DNA of 64,000 bases. Source: Trichoplax sp. H2. Its lineage: Eukaryota. The translations under genes and the position numbers were made by a program. Position 1 is the stretch's first letter, and the number at the start of each line of letters is the position of its first letter. Where the stretch lies: the NCBI GenBank assembly GCA_003344405.1, contig NOWV01000183.1, forward strand, positions 62,001 through 126,000, given 5' to 3'. Below are positions 1 through 15,457 of the stretch, in pieces. The notes below the pieces were generated by a model. That model saw nothing but the letters and a program-made list of their open reading frames with translations. It was not told the DNA's origin and ran no database searches.

Positions 1-3000
1 AAAGCTTAAGGTAAATATAGTTTTATTTTGAGTTTAGCAAAAGCCCAAGATAATGATTTGGTACCCTGTCATTGCGATGTCATATTTTACACGTAATTGA
101 TTTCATGATCTTCTATAGAGCAGTAGCAAATTTAACATTTATTGTACATTCTATTGATTATAAGTTCTTATTTAGAACCAATTCTTCTGACTTTTGAAAT
201 TTCATTAAGGTAGGAACTTCTGAAGATAATGTAGTGCAATGAAACTGTATCTTAATGCTATATTCAATCTAATTCTCGTTTCAAACATTTCTATAAATGA
301 TTCATTCTTGCACTGTATATTCAATAGCATGATTGTCGTTGCTCCGCTTGCTTAAAATTGATATTTTAATGTACTGTATTGACCAATGTATCGATGCCCA
401 CCAAGAATTATATTTTTAGATATTATATGCTACTTAATTGTATTACATCCTTCAAAACAGATATTATTTTAATTATACGCGTATGATTAGTAATATCTGC
501 TAATAATTCAATAATAAACAAATCTTTACATAATATATCTCTGTTAATATAAAGTCGACTTATCTAGTACCAACTATTTCTTAAACGATTACAGTGTATA
601 TTAACAGCCCCTCCCATTAAGTGATAGGCCACACATGATTTGATTAATTTTGGATAGCGCAATGCAATGAGAAAACTATAATGATTGAAGGAGAACTAGA
701 AGCATGCTTTACATATTTTAAAATAGATAAATACCGTAGAATAACTTCTCAAATCTAGAAATGTCTAATATTAGGTTAATATAATCATGCTGTATTGATA
801 TAGACCGATAGAAACTATAATATTCCTGCAATTTAATTGAAAGAGATATTAAGTCTGCTATCTTAAAAGGGATTATCAAAAATGATAAAATTCTGCTAAT
901 CTCCTCCAACTTTGGTAGAAGATTAAATGTAAGCATTCCCAAAAACCTTCGCAGTCAATCTGATAGCATTTATAGGATAAGTCAACCACGGTTGAGACTC
1001 TGCCAAGTGTGGTCTTTCATTAGATTACTAAGATCACCTTTATGTAGTTTAGAAACTAGAATGCTTAATTCTTCTAACAAGCAGTGCATAAATTAACAAA
1101 TTAATGTACACCATTATATTAGTGTGATTTATCTTGTACTGCAGGTAAGCATTATACATTCAATGGTAATACAAAAGAATAAGAAAATAAGAAATTCCAA
1201 TTTCATCCTTTGATGAAATTTAATGTCTCATTGGATGCTAGGATTGATAGAGCATGAGATGGTCATTTCTTCATTAAGGTTCGTCAATATTATGAACTAG
1301 ATAGCTCTAAAATGCAGGCTACTGTTTGTTAAAGGCAATATTTCATATGCTAAAAATTTATTCTCGTTGTTTCCCAGTGATTACGTTGTAGCCGCAATAT
1401 GATTAACATGAGATAACTTACTATAGAATTTATTGATGGTAATTTTATCAATAATGTTGTATTTCGTATATTTTTTGTGCAGTAAAATTCAAGGCCAGGG
1501 CAAAATCAATAAATAATTATCGCTTTTTATTACAATTTATTGAGAATCCAAAGGCTAATGGAGGATAGTAACTAACATTACAGAAAAAGGCCTCTTTATA
1601 TATAGCCGATAAAAACATCTTCGATCACCCTTATAACTGGCTAAAACTTCCTAATTAGCGCAGAAATGACACCTACTGATACTAATCTATCATATATTAC
1701 CATCTACTTTTCCATATGGGGCATAGATGATAGCTAAATACATTTTTATCTCTTATTTCAGTCGATAACGTGATTATGACTATCAAGACAGATACATCTT
1801 TACTAATATAGGATCTCTTCAACTAACATCAACAGCTATTTTAGTTGATCTTGCTAACTTCACATATAAGCAATTGCATAATCCTTTCCACTCGTATAAG
1901 TAATGATAGATACTTGATATTTCTATAGCTGTATCATAAATTGTTAGATTTTACAATGAAAGTTAGGCTTCAGAGTTTAGTCCATTAAATTGTAGTTATT
2001 GTAGTCTCGTAATAATCTCCTATCGTCTACATTTGAGTCATATTGTAGTTAAAAAATTGTTGAAAAGGACAAGACTGACAGGGACTTGTAGTTTCCTAAT
2101 CATTTCACATTGTAAGTATTAGTTGATAAAGAGAATGTTTTAAAATTTTTGCGATCCTAAATAGTGCATGCATATTGATAGGTAAGATCAACTAAGCAGC
2201 TTGCGATATTCATAATAAACAACATATGATCAGATATTTCGTTTTTAAATTAACATCTACCATACTGTAAATATTATTTATTACAGTAATCTGACAGCAG
2301 GAATTCAAAATCGCCTAGCTATTGTATAAGCAAACGATTTGACACTGGAAGAAATTAAACCGATGTAAAATCTGCGTAAATGAGGTATGGATCCTAGTAC
2401 GCTAATCGTACCGTTTAGACGTAAATTATAGAAGTTCATTCCAAATAGCTATAGCTAATATTACAGAATAATAACATAATTAAAAAAGTTAGACGTATTT
2501 AAGAAAATTATTCTAGAAAAATCTCGTTGATAACTAAATTTATAAATTTATCTTTACAGATTTTAATTGCTAGTCACACTACAATTGACCAATAGATTGA
2601 TGTAATCGTTTAAGATTTATGATGTAACCGTATGGCTACTACATAGTAATCTTATATAGTAGGCAATAAAGATGTAACCATTACAACAGGGAATTATTAT
2701 GATTTGTTGCCACTAATAGTTAATTTTATTATTATCGCGACATATATAATTTGAAATTTTGAATAAATAGCGAAATAAGATTGAATAACCATTTTTATAA
2801 TGTATGCTAATTTTAACATAGAAATACCGATTTATTTGAATCAATACATGATTAGTGATGATAAGGACGCAAAATGCTAATAAATATTGATGTTTCATAG
2901 AATTTCATTATAATTATTTTAGAGTTACTTCTTAAAAGTATTGGGTAACAATTTTAAGGCTTAAGCTTGTCAATAGTTACATAATAATTTTGCCTGTCTT

Positions 3001-6000
3001 TAGCAAAACAGATACTATTTTTTTGACTATGTTATTGATCGAATTTTAAACAACAAAATGATAAAGTAAATTAATTAAGGAAACGCAGGGAAATCATATA
3101 AATTATTAATGAAAATAAAAACTGTTTTAGAGCTATTACTGTGACTACGCTTACAAACAAAGATTTTAATTACTTTAGGGATGATATTATGATCTTTTAC
3201 TATATGAATTTTGTTGATATTCCAAATTACGATCGCTAAGGTTACTCTTACTTTTTAAATTATTAATATCTGCAGATATTCCATTTCCTCTACGTCACTT
3301 GGATATTTTATCCCTATAATTTTTAAAGCATAAATGATCATTTCAATTAAAATTATATCAAGGTATGATTTACTTCGTAATATAACCATATACCATACAT
3401 ACATCAGGATGCGTTTCGCATATTTTGACTACTTCAATAATTATAATACCATTTCGTGACTACTCTAGCTGGATATTTAGTTATGCCAGCAAACTCTTTC
3501 AATTGATCTCTTTACCATAATTAAAATTTTAAGAAATTTGTGACGAAATAGCCATAATTGAGTTCATTTTTTAAGAAACGATTTATTGTAGCTATATTTC
3601 AATGAAAATGTATTTAATCAATATCAATGCAAATTAAATCTACGTATGAAATGCGATCGATAAATATTTCATCAAATTTTGAATTAAAGTAGTCATAATT
3701 CATATTTATGGATTAATAGACTAAAGTCAAAGTATTAAGTTCCACTTTTGTCGTATTCCCATATTCACGTATATCGACTTTTGTTTTCATTTTATGCCTG
3801 CAAAGTTTGCCTGCTACATCTAACAATGTTATCGTAAATCGCATGTATTTTTTACGTAACTATTTCTTAGAGTCAGCTACTGTATCTTGGATAACTAATT
3901 ACGGTTAAATATATAATACATATCATTACAGCCATGGGAAAGCCCATAGATTTACTTATTAAAAATCTCCTAAAATCATTATATTAAATAAGGCAAATAA
4001 TTCTACAGCACGAAATGATAGATGCAAGGTTTCGGACTGTGATTATAATCTCATGATCTATGCAATCGGCCTACAGCTATGGAAGGCTATAAGATACTAT
4101 TTGAACTTTAACTTCAACAAGAAAATTGTTCTTCGTCCTCTTAAGATTCATTATCTAGTAATATTCTGAAAGTAAATGATTAGACTGAAATATGTAACTC
4201 CGTAAATATGTACATACTCAAGGTAAATAAGCTTGACTTTGTTACCGAAAAGCAGCTGCCTAAACTATTGATGATTATCATCATGATAAAGATTAAAGTG
4301 TTACTTCCACTCTTAGAAACACTAAGTCTCATAAAGTTAAATAGATAATCGTTGATTATCTTCTAAACGAATAAAACTGCTTTTAAAATCTCAAACGCCA
4401 GTTACAATCGGCCATTCACAGCTCGTAAATTAAAGATATATTTAAAACTAGTGTTTTAATTATAATCGGACTGTCATGAGATATCTGCTCGAGCAAAATA
4501 TTCTTGAAAATTACAAAAGTATTTTACTGTAGACATTGAAATGATTTGTATGCTAGCACATTCTAATGGCATAAGATGAATTTTCGGGTTCATGAATTCA
4601 AAATGTAAATTCTTTATCTGTTTTTTACTACGTCTGTGTTGGATAAGGAATTGTACCGTAGTAGCTATTTAATTATAATGGTAATCGTAATTTTTTATAT
4701 GATTTAATTTTTATGAAAAAATTTTGTATTCAATAACATAATAAAATCGATACTTTAGGGAGGAAATTTTCGACAGGACAGACAACAAGATTTAATAATA
4801 ATTTAACATTTACATGATCTGTATTAGTTAGAAAGTATGATTGATCTCGCAAATAAGTTCGATTTCACATTGAGATTTAAATCCTTGTTATCAATTAATT
4901 GCAATATACTGCATAGCTTAAGAAATATATCAGTATCTGGGACGAAATCGAACTGTAGGTTTGTCTTTAAATTTCAATTACATACCGCACAAAATTGCCA
5001 TGATGAAAGAATTATGTATTCATCGTCATCCTTTAGTAAAACGATTATTACAATGCGCTACCGCCTATACTTACTTTCATGGTGATATTTTCTTTTGCCG
5101 ACTATTCAAGTATGTCGATGAAGATTCTATTTATGTATAATATGAAGACAAGATGACCAATTTCGTCGCTATGGCATAGTTGCTATTTTTCGCTCTTTTA
5201 CTGTTTTTGGCAGCTGGAAATTTTACGCGGGTTGAAGTGTGATGAGCAACACCTTACGAAACAATTAATGAATAGCGTGGTAAATTTAGAGTATTTTATT
5301 TTTTCCGTTCTTGTTTTATTAGTTCAATTTGGAATTTAATCGTTGACCTATATTTTGATAGAATATAGGAAATTTTTAGTCATTTAGCAGTTTCTAATAG
5401 AGTAAAAGGTGACCTATTATACGATTAATTCATTGGTAAATCGCTGTTACAAATTCTCAGTATTCCTTTTCCAAGAAAATAAAATTTTGTCTACGTTCAA
5501 TTGTTTATTAGTGATATGCAGACCATATTTGACGGTAAAAATTCTATAATTAGCCTTAGCCAAGTTAACAAAGCATTGTCATGACCTCCGATTGAAAAAG
5601 AAGATATTAGGTAATTAATCTTTAACGTTCATTGATCTTGGTTGATTAACGTGAGTTATCTATTTACGTTATATCATAGAATTGAACTTAGATATATATG
5701 TATAAGATATAAGAATTCTCACTTTGCGCAGATAATCAAAGGAAATTTGCTATCATCATTAAAAATGAGTTATCAGAAGGGCACTCGGAAATGTAGAAGA
5801 ACAAAGACTGGGATCTTTAATAGACTTCGAAAGTAAATAAAGAAATTATGATCAAATAAGATGGTAAGGACTTGCCATGCTAAAATTGGACTAAAAATTG
5901 TAAATCCGGCGATCTAGCTTTAAATTAATTTCGGCCTTTAACTTTAATTACGCAAGCACCTAAACCTATTTAGATATTCCAAAATTGGAAATTGGAAATT

Positions 6001-7808
6001 GGATTGTAAAATCTCTACGCATGGCAGATTTGTTCGAACTCTCAGCTAGTTTAAACTAGACTATCCTTCATTAAATTTCTTGAATGGCTGACGAACGATA
6101 GGCGATTGAGTATTTTTTCGATAATATTTTAACGAAATAATAAATAGTCATGACTTTGAACCTTTTATTATTGAGAGATGAAAATTAAGCACTTAACACT
6201 AATTTGAATGATTCTTTGGGCCGTTAAAAGAATCTCATCGATAGATCAATTTTAATAAGTGGAGAGTTTATACATGTTGATCAATTAAACCTGCGTTTTC
6301 AAAGAGGAAGAACTATCCGGCATTTATTCCATTCTACTACAATAGATGAATATCGACCAGTTATATTAAATTAGGAACATTGTTAGATGTTGATGGCGTC
6401 ATAGCAGGAGAGCAGCGTAACTATGCAATCAATAAGTCTTAAACATGAATTAACAGACACTGATATACTGTAATTATGTGATTACTATCGTCGGGGAATA
6501 AAGTAACCCTAATAAATAGGTCCAAGATTGTGACTACAACTAAATTTACATTTATAAGCCAATCAATTTTCTTCTACAAAACTCGTTTTATCTTATTTTT
6601 ATTCTGCAAGTTATTCACATAATTTATAATTGAATTAAATTAAAATGCTATCATGTACCTTTTCTCTTAATATCAAAATTAGAAGATATTTGTCCTAAAA
6701 TTTTAGGATAACTTGATTATGATCATATTGATAACATTTACTTAGGGATTATTAATTAGTTAAAAAAAAACCTTAAAATCGATAGAACTTCCGAAATGAT
6801 GGTATTATTCGATAAAGGAAAAAGATTATCTGATCGTTTCTATTCGGTAACTATGGGAACTTACACAATTTATCCTTTCCTTCTATTTTGAATCAATGAA
6901 ACACCAAATAGAGAAAATAATGTTAGAACTAACAAACTAAACAGTAGAGGCCGATTATGGTAAGCATTTTGGATAATGATTAGTAAGAATTTCAGAAATT
7001 TCAATGACCCTAACCGGGGGAATTTGCAGGCGTTTTGATTCGATGGGTATACAAGCAATAATTTACTGACGAGAATAGAGTCAATATATTTCAGGTAAAT
7101 GTCACGCAAGGAATCGAAAATAACTTTCATGATCTACCCATTCTTTACATTACACAAACCTATTCAATTACCACATGGTATTCCTAATCCCATTTACTTT
7201 TTATCACTTTATTCGCGTCAAATTTTTTTCCTTGGCCTTATTTTTTGAAGCAGTTCACGTCATATTCATAACATAAATAGCATAAAAGAAATTCAATTTC
7301 CATCCATGTTTTATTCAGCCATTTATGCCTCCTGAGATATACGTATAAAAGAACTATTAAATAGTATTGAAATATGTATTGAATTTTAGAAATGTACTGT
7401 AATGTTATTATTCTTAAATTAGATTGTGAATGAAAATTATTAATTCCTTGCCAATAATGCTGAATGGTTACCTTTAGCTAAATGAATGCCGTTATGATAA
7501 CAAATCATTTATGCAATTTTATTGTCCTTAGGTAAACACCCTTATCGTCTCGACATTCTTCTATTTAAATTCAGATGTTTCATCCTATTCAGTACAGTCA
7601 GTGTCGAATACTGCATCCAAATTATTTCATCGAACATAAACTAATGACTGTCTTTAACGAGGATAAAATCGATTTTTCCTTGCAAGAAGTTGAGAAATTT
7701 TGACCATTTATTTCCTACTCCAAGTCTATTCTAAAGTAAATAGCACAACTTTAGAATTATCAATACAAAATTTCTATGATATCAGGATAGAATCACTCTT
7801 ACAACAAA

Positions 7809-10800
7809 ATGATGTCAGCAAGAAATCCACCTTTAGTTGTACTACATATTCCACATAGGAGTAAAGTTATACCTAGTCTATCACCATTTTGTTTAAAATT
7901 AGAAACTTTCCTACGTATGGCGAATGTCCCATATCAAATAAGCTATGGGATGAAACGATCTAAAAAGGGAAAATTACCCTGGATAGAAGTTAATGGTGAA
8001 CAGATCGACGATTCCAATTTTTGTGTCAAACATTTAGAAAATCTATTTACCGTCCATCTTGATTCACATTTAAATAGTCAAGAATTAGCAATATCGTATG
8101 CTTTTTGGAAAATGCTGGAAGAAAACACGTATTGGTAAGTTGTAATTAAGCTTACTTACTAATTAATTTTGATATATAACGCGAATACCCAAAGTGGAAT
8201 AATAATCTTTAAATTAATACGTTTTAAGTCGATTATCTTTATCGTTACCCCTTTCCTCTATGATGGTGCTATAATTTTGCTTTCTATTCTCGAAAAATAA
8301 GGCAAAAATACTACAATTGGCTTTAATATATTATAGATGAAAACTAAGAATTGACTTCAGAATCAGATACAACGTGAATATAATAATTATGGCGCTAAGT
8401 ACTTTAATTTGGACAAGTATTGATCAATACAAAAATTTTTGTATTATCCAATTAGTTTATTTTGCTATTGTGGGCAGTTTTACTAGATTTTAATCTTTGG
8501 TGATAAAGTCTTAATAATTTTGTGGACATACAAGAGAATGTTAGTATTCCTTTGGAATGCCTTTCATTGACTTCTTACTTTTTCGATAAAATTTAGAAAT
8601 TATGGATTGTACACCAATAGTCATAAGATCTACCGTATACCCATTCAGCTTTCGTTTTCGAGTATATAGTCATCTAGATAGCAAAAAATTTACGGCATTA
8701 AAAGACGCCAAACGTCTTCCTGATGAAGATTACTGTCAATATGTCAAAATTTTATTCATATGGTAATTAAAAAGGGCACACGGAATTACTAATAACTTGA
8801 ATAATAACATTCAATTTTTGACCTGAACTTCAACACGCCGTAATCCAAGATATTAACTTAGATAGACAATTGCCTAGCGAAATATGTAGGAAAAACTTTT
8901 AGGTCCTTATCAGAGTATTTCTAATTATAGATTCTATAGATGTGTGGAAAGTTAAGTCATAGTTCTCATTTCACTACAATTGATTCACCAACATTTGTTC
9001 ATCAGACTTATTGTCTGGCCAAAGGTGGCAAACTTTAGCCATTTCTAGCTATAAATTCCACACACTTATTAAAACTCAACCAATAGCCCCAGCTCTTTGC
9101 TTTAATACATTAGGCAAGATATATTCAACAGCCTTTTTACCTTACTAAAATAGGCGCAAGTATTAGCCTATGAACACTCCAGTGTCTTATTTTCGAGTAC
9201 TCGTATCGCAAGGTCAATTTTCTATGAGGAAACTAACCAATTGAGAAAAAGCTATTGTCTGCAAGCGTTATATGGCTATATAGTACACAAGCTTGTATGG
9301 CTTTTATGATTTCGAAGTAGCTATAACTTTATTATGATTCTATTAAACATTGCAAAACATCAATAAGCTTGGAGATATACATGATTTTGAAAATTAAAAT
9401 ACTGGCAACCTTTTCAAGCAGATATTATTACATCATAAGTGCTTTTACTTCTGATTATGAAATTCTCATAGAATACGTACGCGTGAAATAGATATTAGAA
9501 GTATCTTCTATGATCATGATCATTTATTAAAGCGGTAATAGTCGTAAAATAGTGCAGAACCTTAGAAGAATATCTATTGCATTGAATGACAATATAGACG
9601 AAATAGGCATTAGCTCTAAAAGACCAGCTAGCTAAATTATTAGCACGAATAATACCGACGTTGTGAGACGGCTTTTTGCAACCAGCAACAGCGTTTGCAA
9701 TTACGCTAAAGAGAAAGTATTTTTACTCAGAAATCATTAAAATGTCAGTATTTTTCGATAAAATGTGCTAAAGTTTACTGTTTTCCAATACATTAACAGT
9801 ACCTTCACTTAGTGCATGACTTTGATCATTCTAAGATTCACAATTATACATCATTGAAGGTGGTGTGCTCATCATACTGCTTCGACAACCGGCTGATTTA
9901 TGTAGGGGCTTTCTAATAAATTTTTAAGAATCCTCTCTGACAATGTTTAATTTCTGAAAAGTCAGTTTTCGCCAATGGTACTGCTAGCTACGGTACTCAA
10001 TGAAGGCCTTACAGATGCATTCATTTTTCGAAAATGCCATTAAAGCCTCTAGGTATATTTAATTCACTTCATGTGGTTATTCATATTTTCAATTATTTAT
10101 AACCTGTATTGAACTTTGCATAGTTATCATTATACGTAAAAATCATGAAATCCATGTTCATTATAATAATGGAATTAGGAAATACTTTGTTACAATAATA
10201 AATTTACTTACATTAAATAATACCGAATGCGGGGCTCATAGCTTGCTTCTAATTTATCTAACCATCGTTACTTTTCGGTAGCAAAGTAATAACCAACAAA
10301 AACTTTAATTAATATAAGATATTTAAAAGGAATGATTAGTAAGTCATCTACGTCTATTTTGAATTGATTTAACAGATTTACCGTTAGACTAGAAATAAAT
10401 GTAGGATATTTTAGCAACATCATTTTTTAATTTGCCTACGTAATTGCAATACTAACAAACTTTGGTGTTTTGATTTCTACTATTATAAAAGATTTACTCC
10501 TTATTGAGATGGAAGCTTTTAATAGCAGATTAAAGAAGTACAGACGTTACTTCTCGTCGTACGTCTGCATATTTTTAGATTCATTAGTGACTATATTACC
10601 ATGGTTTAATGATTATGCCAAGCAACGATATATTACTTTACCTCTCATTCAGCGATGTTGACAATTATTATTTCACATTGATGTCGTGATTGTCAAATTT
10701 TCTTGTCAGCAATATTGAAACTATAAGTATAGCTTCGAGATTGGCATCAAAGTGATAACAAAGACAGGCCATCTCATAGTCAGAATGAATTCCTCAAGAA

Positions 10801-12189
10801 ATAGTCAGGAATTTTTGCGTACCATGTCACGCGAAAATTTTTCAATTGTTGCCCCATTTCCTGCGTCATGTTCAAAAAGGTTTTCTATTTCCGTCGTTCT
10901 GCTTACACCACGTCATAGTGAATAGGAGAGTTACCTACATAGCCAAAACTTTTATCCCATTTCAATCAAACCATTCTTTCCCTATTTTCGTTGTTCTTAC
11001 CGATCGATTTGGATACTGCCTTGACAAATGGTTGATGGACGCTAAACAGTTCATTGTAATGTAGACTATTGCAAAGGTTGTTCTATAAGCAACTTTGGTA
11101 TTCTATGGCATATCGCTGGGCGTCATAATTTTCTTACTGTAGTAGATTACCTAGTATATTCAAAGAATTGAATGATAATTTACTCGATAAAGAGTTATAT
11201 TCTAATGACATTAATACTTAGGATAACCTCTTTCTCATTTCATACCGTTAGGGTTATATTATATGATCGATGGGTTAGTAATTATACAACGTTTAAAAGT
11301 GAATTTCTTCAAGATAGCTATCCAAGTATTTTGCGTAGCCTCGCTCCAGCTGTCTTACAAAAGAACTATAAAAAGCAATTATTTGCTCAGGGTATGGGTC
11401 GACATCATCCTGAAGAAGTATACACCATTGGTCGTAAAGATTTAATGGCTCTATCGGAATTTTTAGATGATAAAACATTTATGATGGGTGATAAGCCTTG
11501 TACGGTAAGTAAAAACGACGATGATTTGATAATAACTCAGTCATTCTTTAATTGAAGACTAAAGATTGGACATGAATATTGCTAGTTTAGATATTATGAT
11601 AATTCTATTAAATTGTTATGTTGTTGCAATATTTTATTGCTTTGTGTAGCCTTTTTATTTAGTACTACAACTTTACATTTGTCACAAACCAGCTGCGCGA
11701 CCAAGATAACGTAAAAAAATCTCAAAATTACTATAGTCTCCGGAATTCAGTATCCCTTAACTATCTCACAAGGATTTAGAAACCTTTGCTTCTACGTTAA
11801 ACAAATATAGAATTCTTTTTTTATTTAATTATCTGCTGAGCTTAAATACCCTTATAAGTAGATACAGTCAGTCGATTTTAGTTCGAAAACAAGAATTCCT
11901 TGTCATTAGCATTCTTATTAGATCAAATATATAACTTATGCCTATCATGAATGTAATGCACCTGCGGTGATATTGATTTAATATGTACCAATAATCGTTT
12001 TTAATTTTACTGTTGTAGCTGGACGCAGTTGCCTTTGCCGTGATTGCAGTCATTTTATACTCTTTACCAAACTCAGAACTTCAAGCGTATTTAGCTAGCC
12101 GAGATAATCTAGTTCTCTACTGCAAAAGAATGAAAGAAAAGTACTGGTCTGACTGGGATGAAGAAATAATTGGACAAATTAAATCATGA
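7809..12189 (+). CDS. FAXC: Failed axon connections homolog (FAX/metaxin-like GST-fold protein), 3 exons: 7809-8134, 11252-11504, 12019-12189
   Basis: Exon 1 has the FAX/metaxin N-terminal motif SLSPFCLKLETFLRM...KGKLPWIEVNGEQIDDS. Exon 2 has QGMGRH...KDLMALSEFLDDKTFMMGDKPCT. Exon 3 reads LDAVAFA...YCKRMKEKYWSDWDE*. GT-AG junctions are in compatible phase (TG|G = Trp; phase 0). Confidence 0.9.
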
Positions 12190-15100
12190 TTAATTGATGG
12201 GGTATCAATTTTAAGCTGGTAGCTAAAATATCGATTTAAATTAATAATAAAAGTAGTGGTAAAGATTGTGTCGAAATTATCATTTCTTTTAACTCAACAT
12301 TCCAGATTTTCGGTACTAAAGCAAATAAAGGTTTTATCCATTCAACTAGCTCATAATTTAGATATCCATTGAGAGCAGTTAATTCCTTCATGTAGCAATA
12401 GAGCTGAAAACGAATGCATAGGATACCATGTGTAAAACGATTATAGCAAAGACGAGAGATTTCAAAATAGTATAGGTACTAATGAACCCTAGATAATTGC
12501 TATGATTCCAATTCTGTTGGCTACACTTTTTCGACACTTATCCATTTACATACCTAATTGATAGAAACATTTTGCTATAAATGAATACTGTATTCGTATG
12601 TAAAAGACGATACCATTTCTTTGCTTAAATAATGGTGAATAAAGCAAAATTTCATCTAGTTATCTCATAAAATAATACAATGTTGATGCTATATAGTGGT
12701 CTAAAATAGTATCCATTAAGTCAAGGGGGTTATTAAGCAGTTATTTGCAAAGAACTAGGTGTAACATCTATGGGGATAATTGAAAATCAGTTAGAAAGCT
12801 ATTGGATACATATTCCTCCGAATCGCTCCAATTTGATCACATAAATTTAAGGATTCCTGAATTGTTTCTGTATAACTATGTAGTATAATAGTATCCCATT
12901 TCTATGCAGATGCTAATACAGTAAGATTCTATAGATACTTGATATAATGTAATAAAACGGTGTGGAATGGCGGCATTTTTTTTAACAGCATGATTCATCC
13001 TGCTGTCATATTCAGGTCTACAGTAAATGTAAATGTCAAGCATAGCAAATGTAGAATTGAGAATCGAAATCAGATAAAGTTTAATTCTACCAACGTTGTT
13101 AAAGTTAGCATTAGCAAAAGGTCAGTATTACCACATTTCTGTTTGATATACGATACAAGCATGCTGTATTATCACTAAACTTATATTATACATCCAGATT
13201 ATTTGAGATACTCATTTTATCAAGTTTTGATTTGTATTTACTGTTGTTGTACTCTTAGTAATAATTAGTTGAACAATATAAATTGAACTAGCCGAATAAG
13301 ATGGTGTTAAAATTCTTGATCCAATTAGCACACTCATTATAGGATAGTTGGAGCAGTTAATGTACTTATTGTACTTCATAAAATACTGTACGAATATAAG
13401 CTTCTAGGATTCTATGCTGCTCAAAAATCAGTTAGTATATAGCATTGGAAGAAGATTTATGTCAGAATAAACTGATTGTCGTATAATATCGAGGCAACTA
13501 ATAAAGATGCATTATAAGTAAACCACAGTCTAAGCTTATTTCTCGTTCACGACATATATATGAGGCATCGATGTGATCTTCGTATAAATGCTTGCCAGCC
13601 TTGTTTTTGTACAGCTAGATTAACTGAAATCTTTAGTAAAGCCCGAAAGTATTATATTCGTATATCAATAGCAACATGGTATACACTGTTGATATCTTGA
13701 ATTACGTAGAAATTTATTTATAATGTGTCACAACTACGCTTATGACACAGAGACCAAACTAAAGTACTATCTCTCAGCTATCTTACATTTAACGTGACTC
13801 TATGTAGTTCTAAAATTGTAAATGAGCTAAGCTCAGAATGAGTACGATCCTTTTAAGTGAACTTTTTATTTTAATAGCGTGGCTTACTAATAGATCAAAT
13901 ACAATAACTCCCTTTAATTAATAAAGGGTGGACTTATACACTTTCTTAAGCCAATAGGTGCCATCTTTAAATTAATCACTAACAAAATTAATAGCTTACT
14001 ATACACCGATTTGTACGTGGACGAATGCTGCACGAATAGTGCAACATTCGTCATCTTAAGTATAACATTATAATTCCTATATTGAATAAATTAAACTCAT
14101 ACATTTGTTAATGGAAATCCATTAACCATCCAACTTAGCACAGTTGTAATCACGATTAACAGCATATACTGTATTTTCGAGTATCATAAATAATTATTGA
14201 CGAAAAAACTAGATAACAACGTACAAAAAGACTATTCAACTATTTTTCAAGAAATCCCTGTTTAGTTAATATAGCAAATACGTAGTATGGCAGGAATCCT
14301 ATTTAGTTTACGATAAATATTGCCATCACGAATTTTACGATAATGGCGACAGTTGCAAATCGATCTAATATCATCAATGGAGTAAATTGTACCTACAGAA
14401 TTGTGTTTTAGCTCTCAGTATATTGAATTGACATCATGGAATGATTGATTCACCCACTATATAGTAACAGCAAAGATATTGACGCTTTTACTGCACTTTC
14501 AATTCGCGTACTAAAGGACGTGGCAAGTCTAGACTATCAGTTGAATCATGATCATGCCCTATGTCAAAGATCTTTGGATCAAGTCCCTCCAGTTTCGATA
14601 TTCTACAATGCCTTAGAAAAATAGGTGAATATGACAGCTCAAATATTAGCAAAATGAAAGTGCGATGTGATACGCCATCCTAGATTCATCTTGTAAAGTA
14701 TTACGATAAAAATTCAGTCAATTTATTAACAAGTAGTGATATCAGACATAAGTAAATAGATTAAGCGCTCTTATCACTAGATACATAACTTATACGAACC
14801 ATGGAAGGCGATAACCATTAGATAGCAATAAAGCGTAATATATTTACAATATGAAGGGAAATAAGTGATTCTAGTATCGTCATGAAATTATGTCCATAAT
14901 TTCATAATCAACACCAGCAATAACTTTACGCCTCAAAGAAAGTCTTTGATAGGAGTTGTCGTCTTGTAACTGAATAACGATGCCAATTGGATGATATATT
15001 ATCATCGTCCTAACTAAAATAATAAATTCTCCGTTCTTGGCTACATGCTACATGCACGTATCATTTCTTCAGCATCATATTTTGTAGTTTCAAATTTCTA

Positions 15101-15457
15101 TCGGCGTATTCATTCAAGTTACAGCAATGACACAGCGCATTATATATCATTCAGATGCTAAGTGAAATTTTCTTGCAATGCTTTACCTATAACTCAATAC
15201 ATCATAACTAAGAGTACACGTATAAAATTGATACATCATTATAACAGTATAAACTGCATCTTGATATTCTGTATAGATACAACGGTTAGGAAAATATTGA
15301 TCAACGTATTTGTTATATCAAATGCAACATTGATTACACATTATAAAATGGTACTCAGTTAGTGCTCATTTAGCCGTCTTAAAAAGTTGAAGTAGATTTA
15401 GTACTTTACAGTAGTCGATACTAAGCTTAACAATTTATAATACTGTACAATGCACTA

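Noticed and set aside
14459-14625. ~55-codon open frame between FAXC and LSM1
   Set aside because: No start codon, no recognisable homology and no supporting exons.
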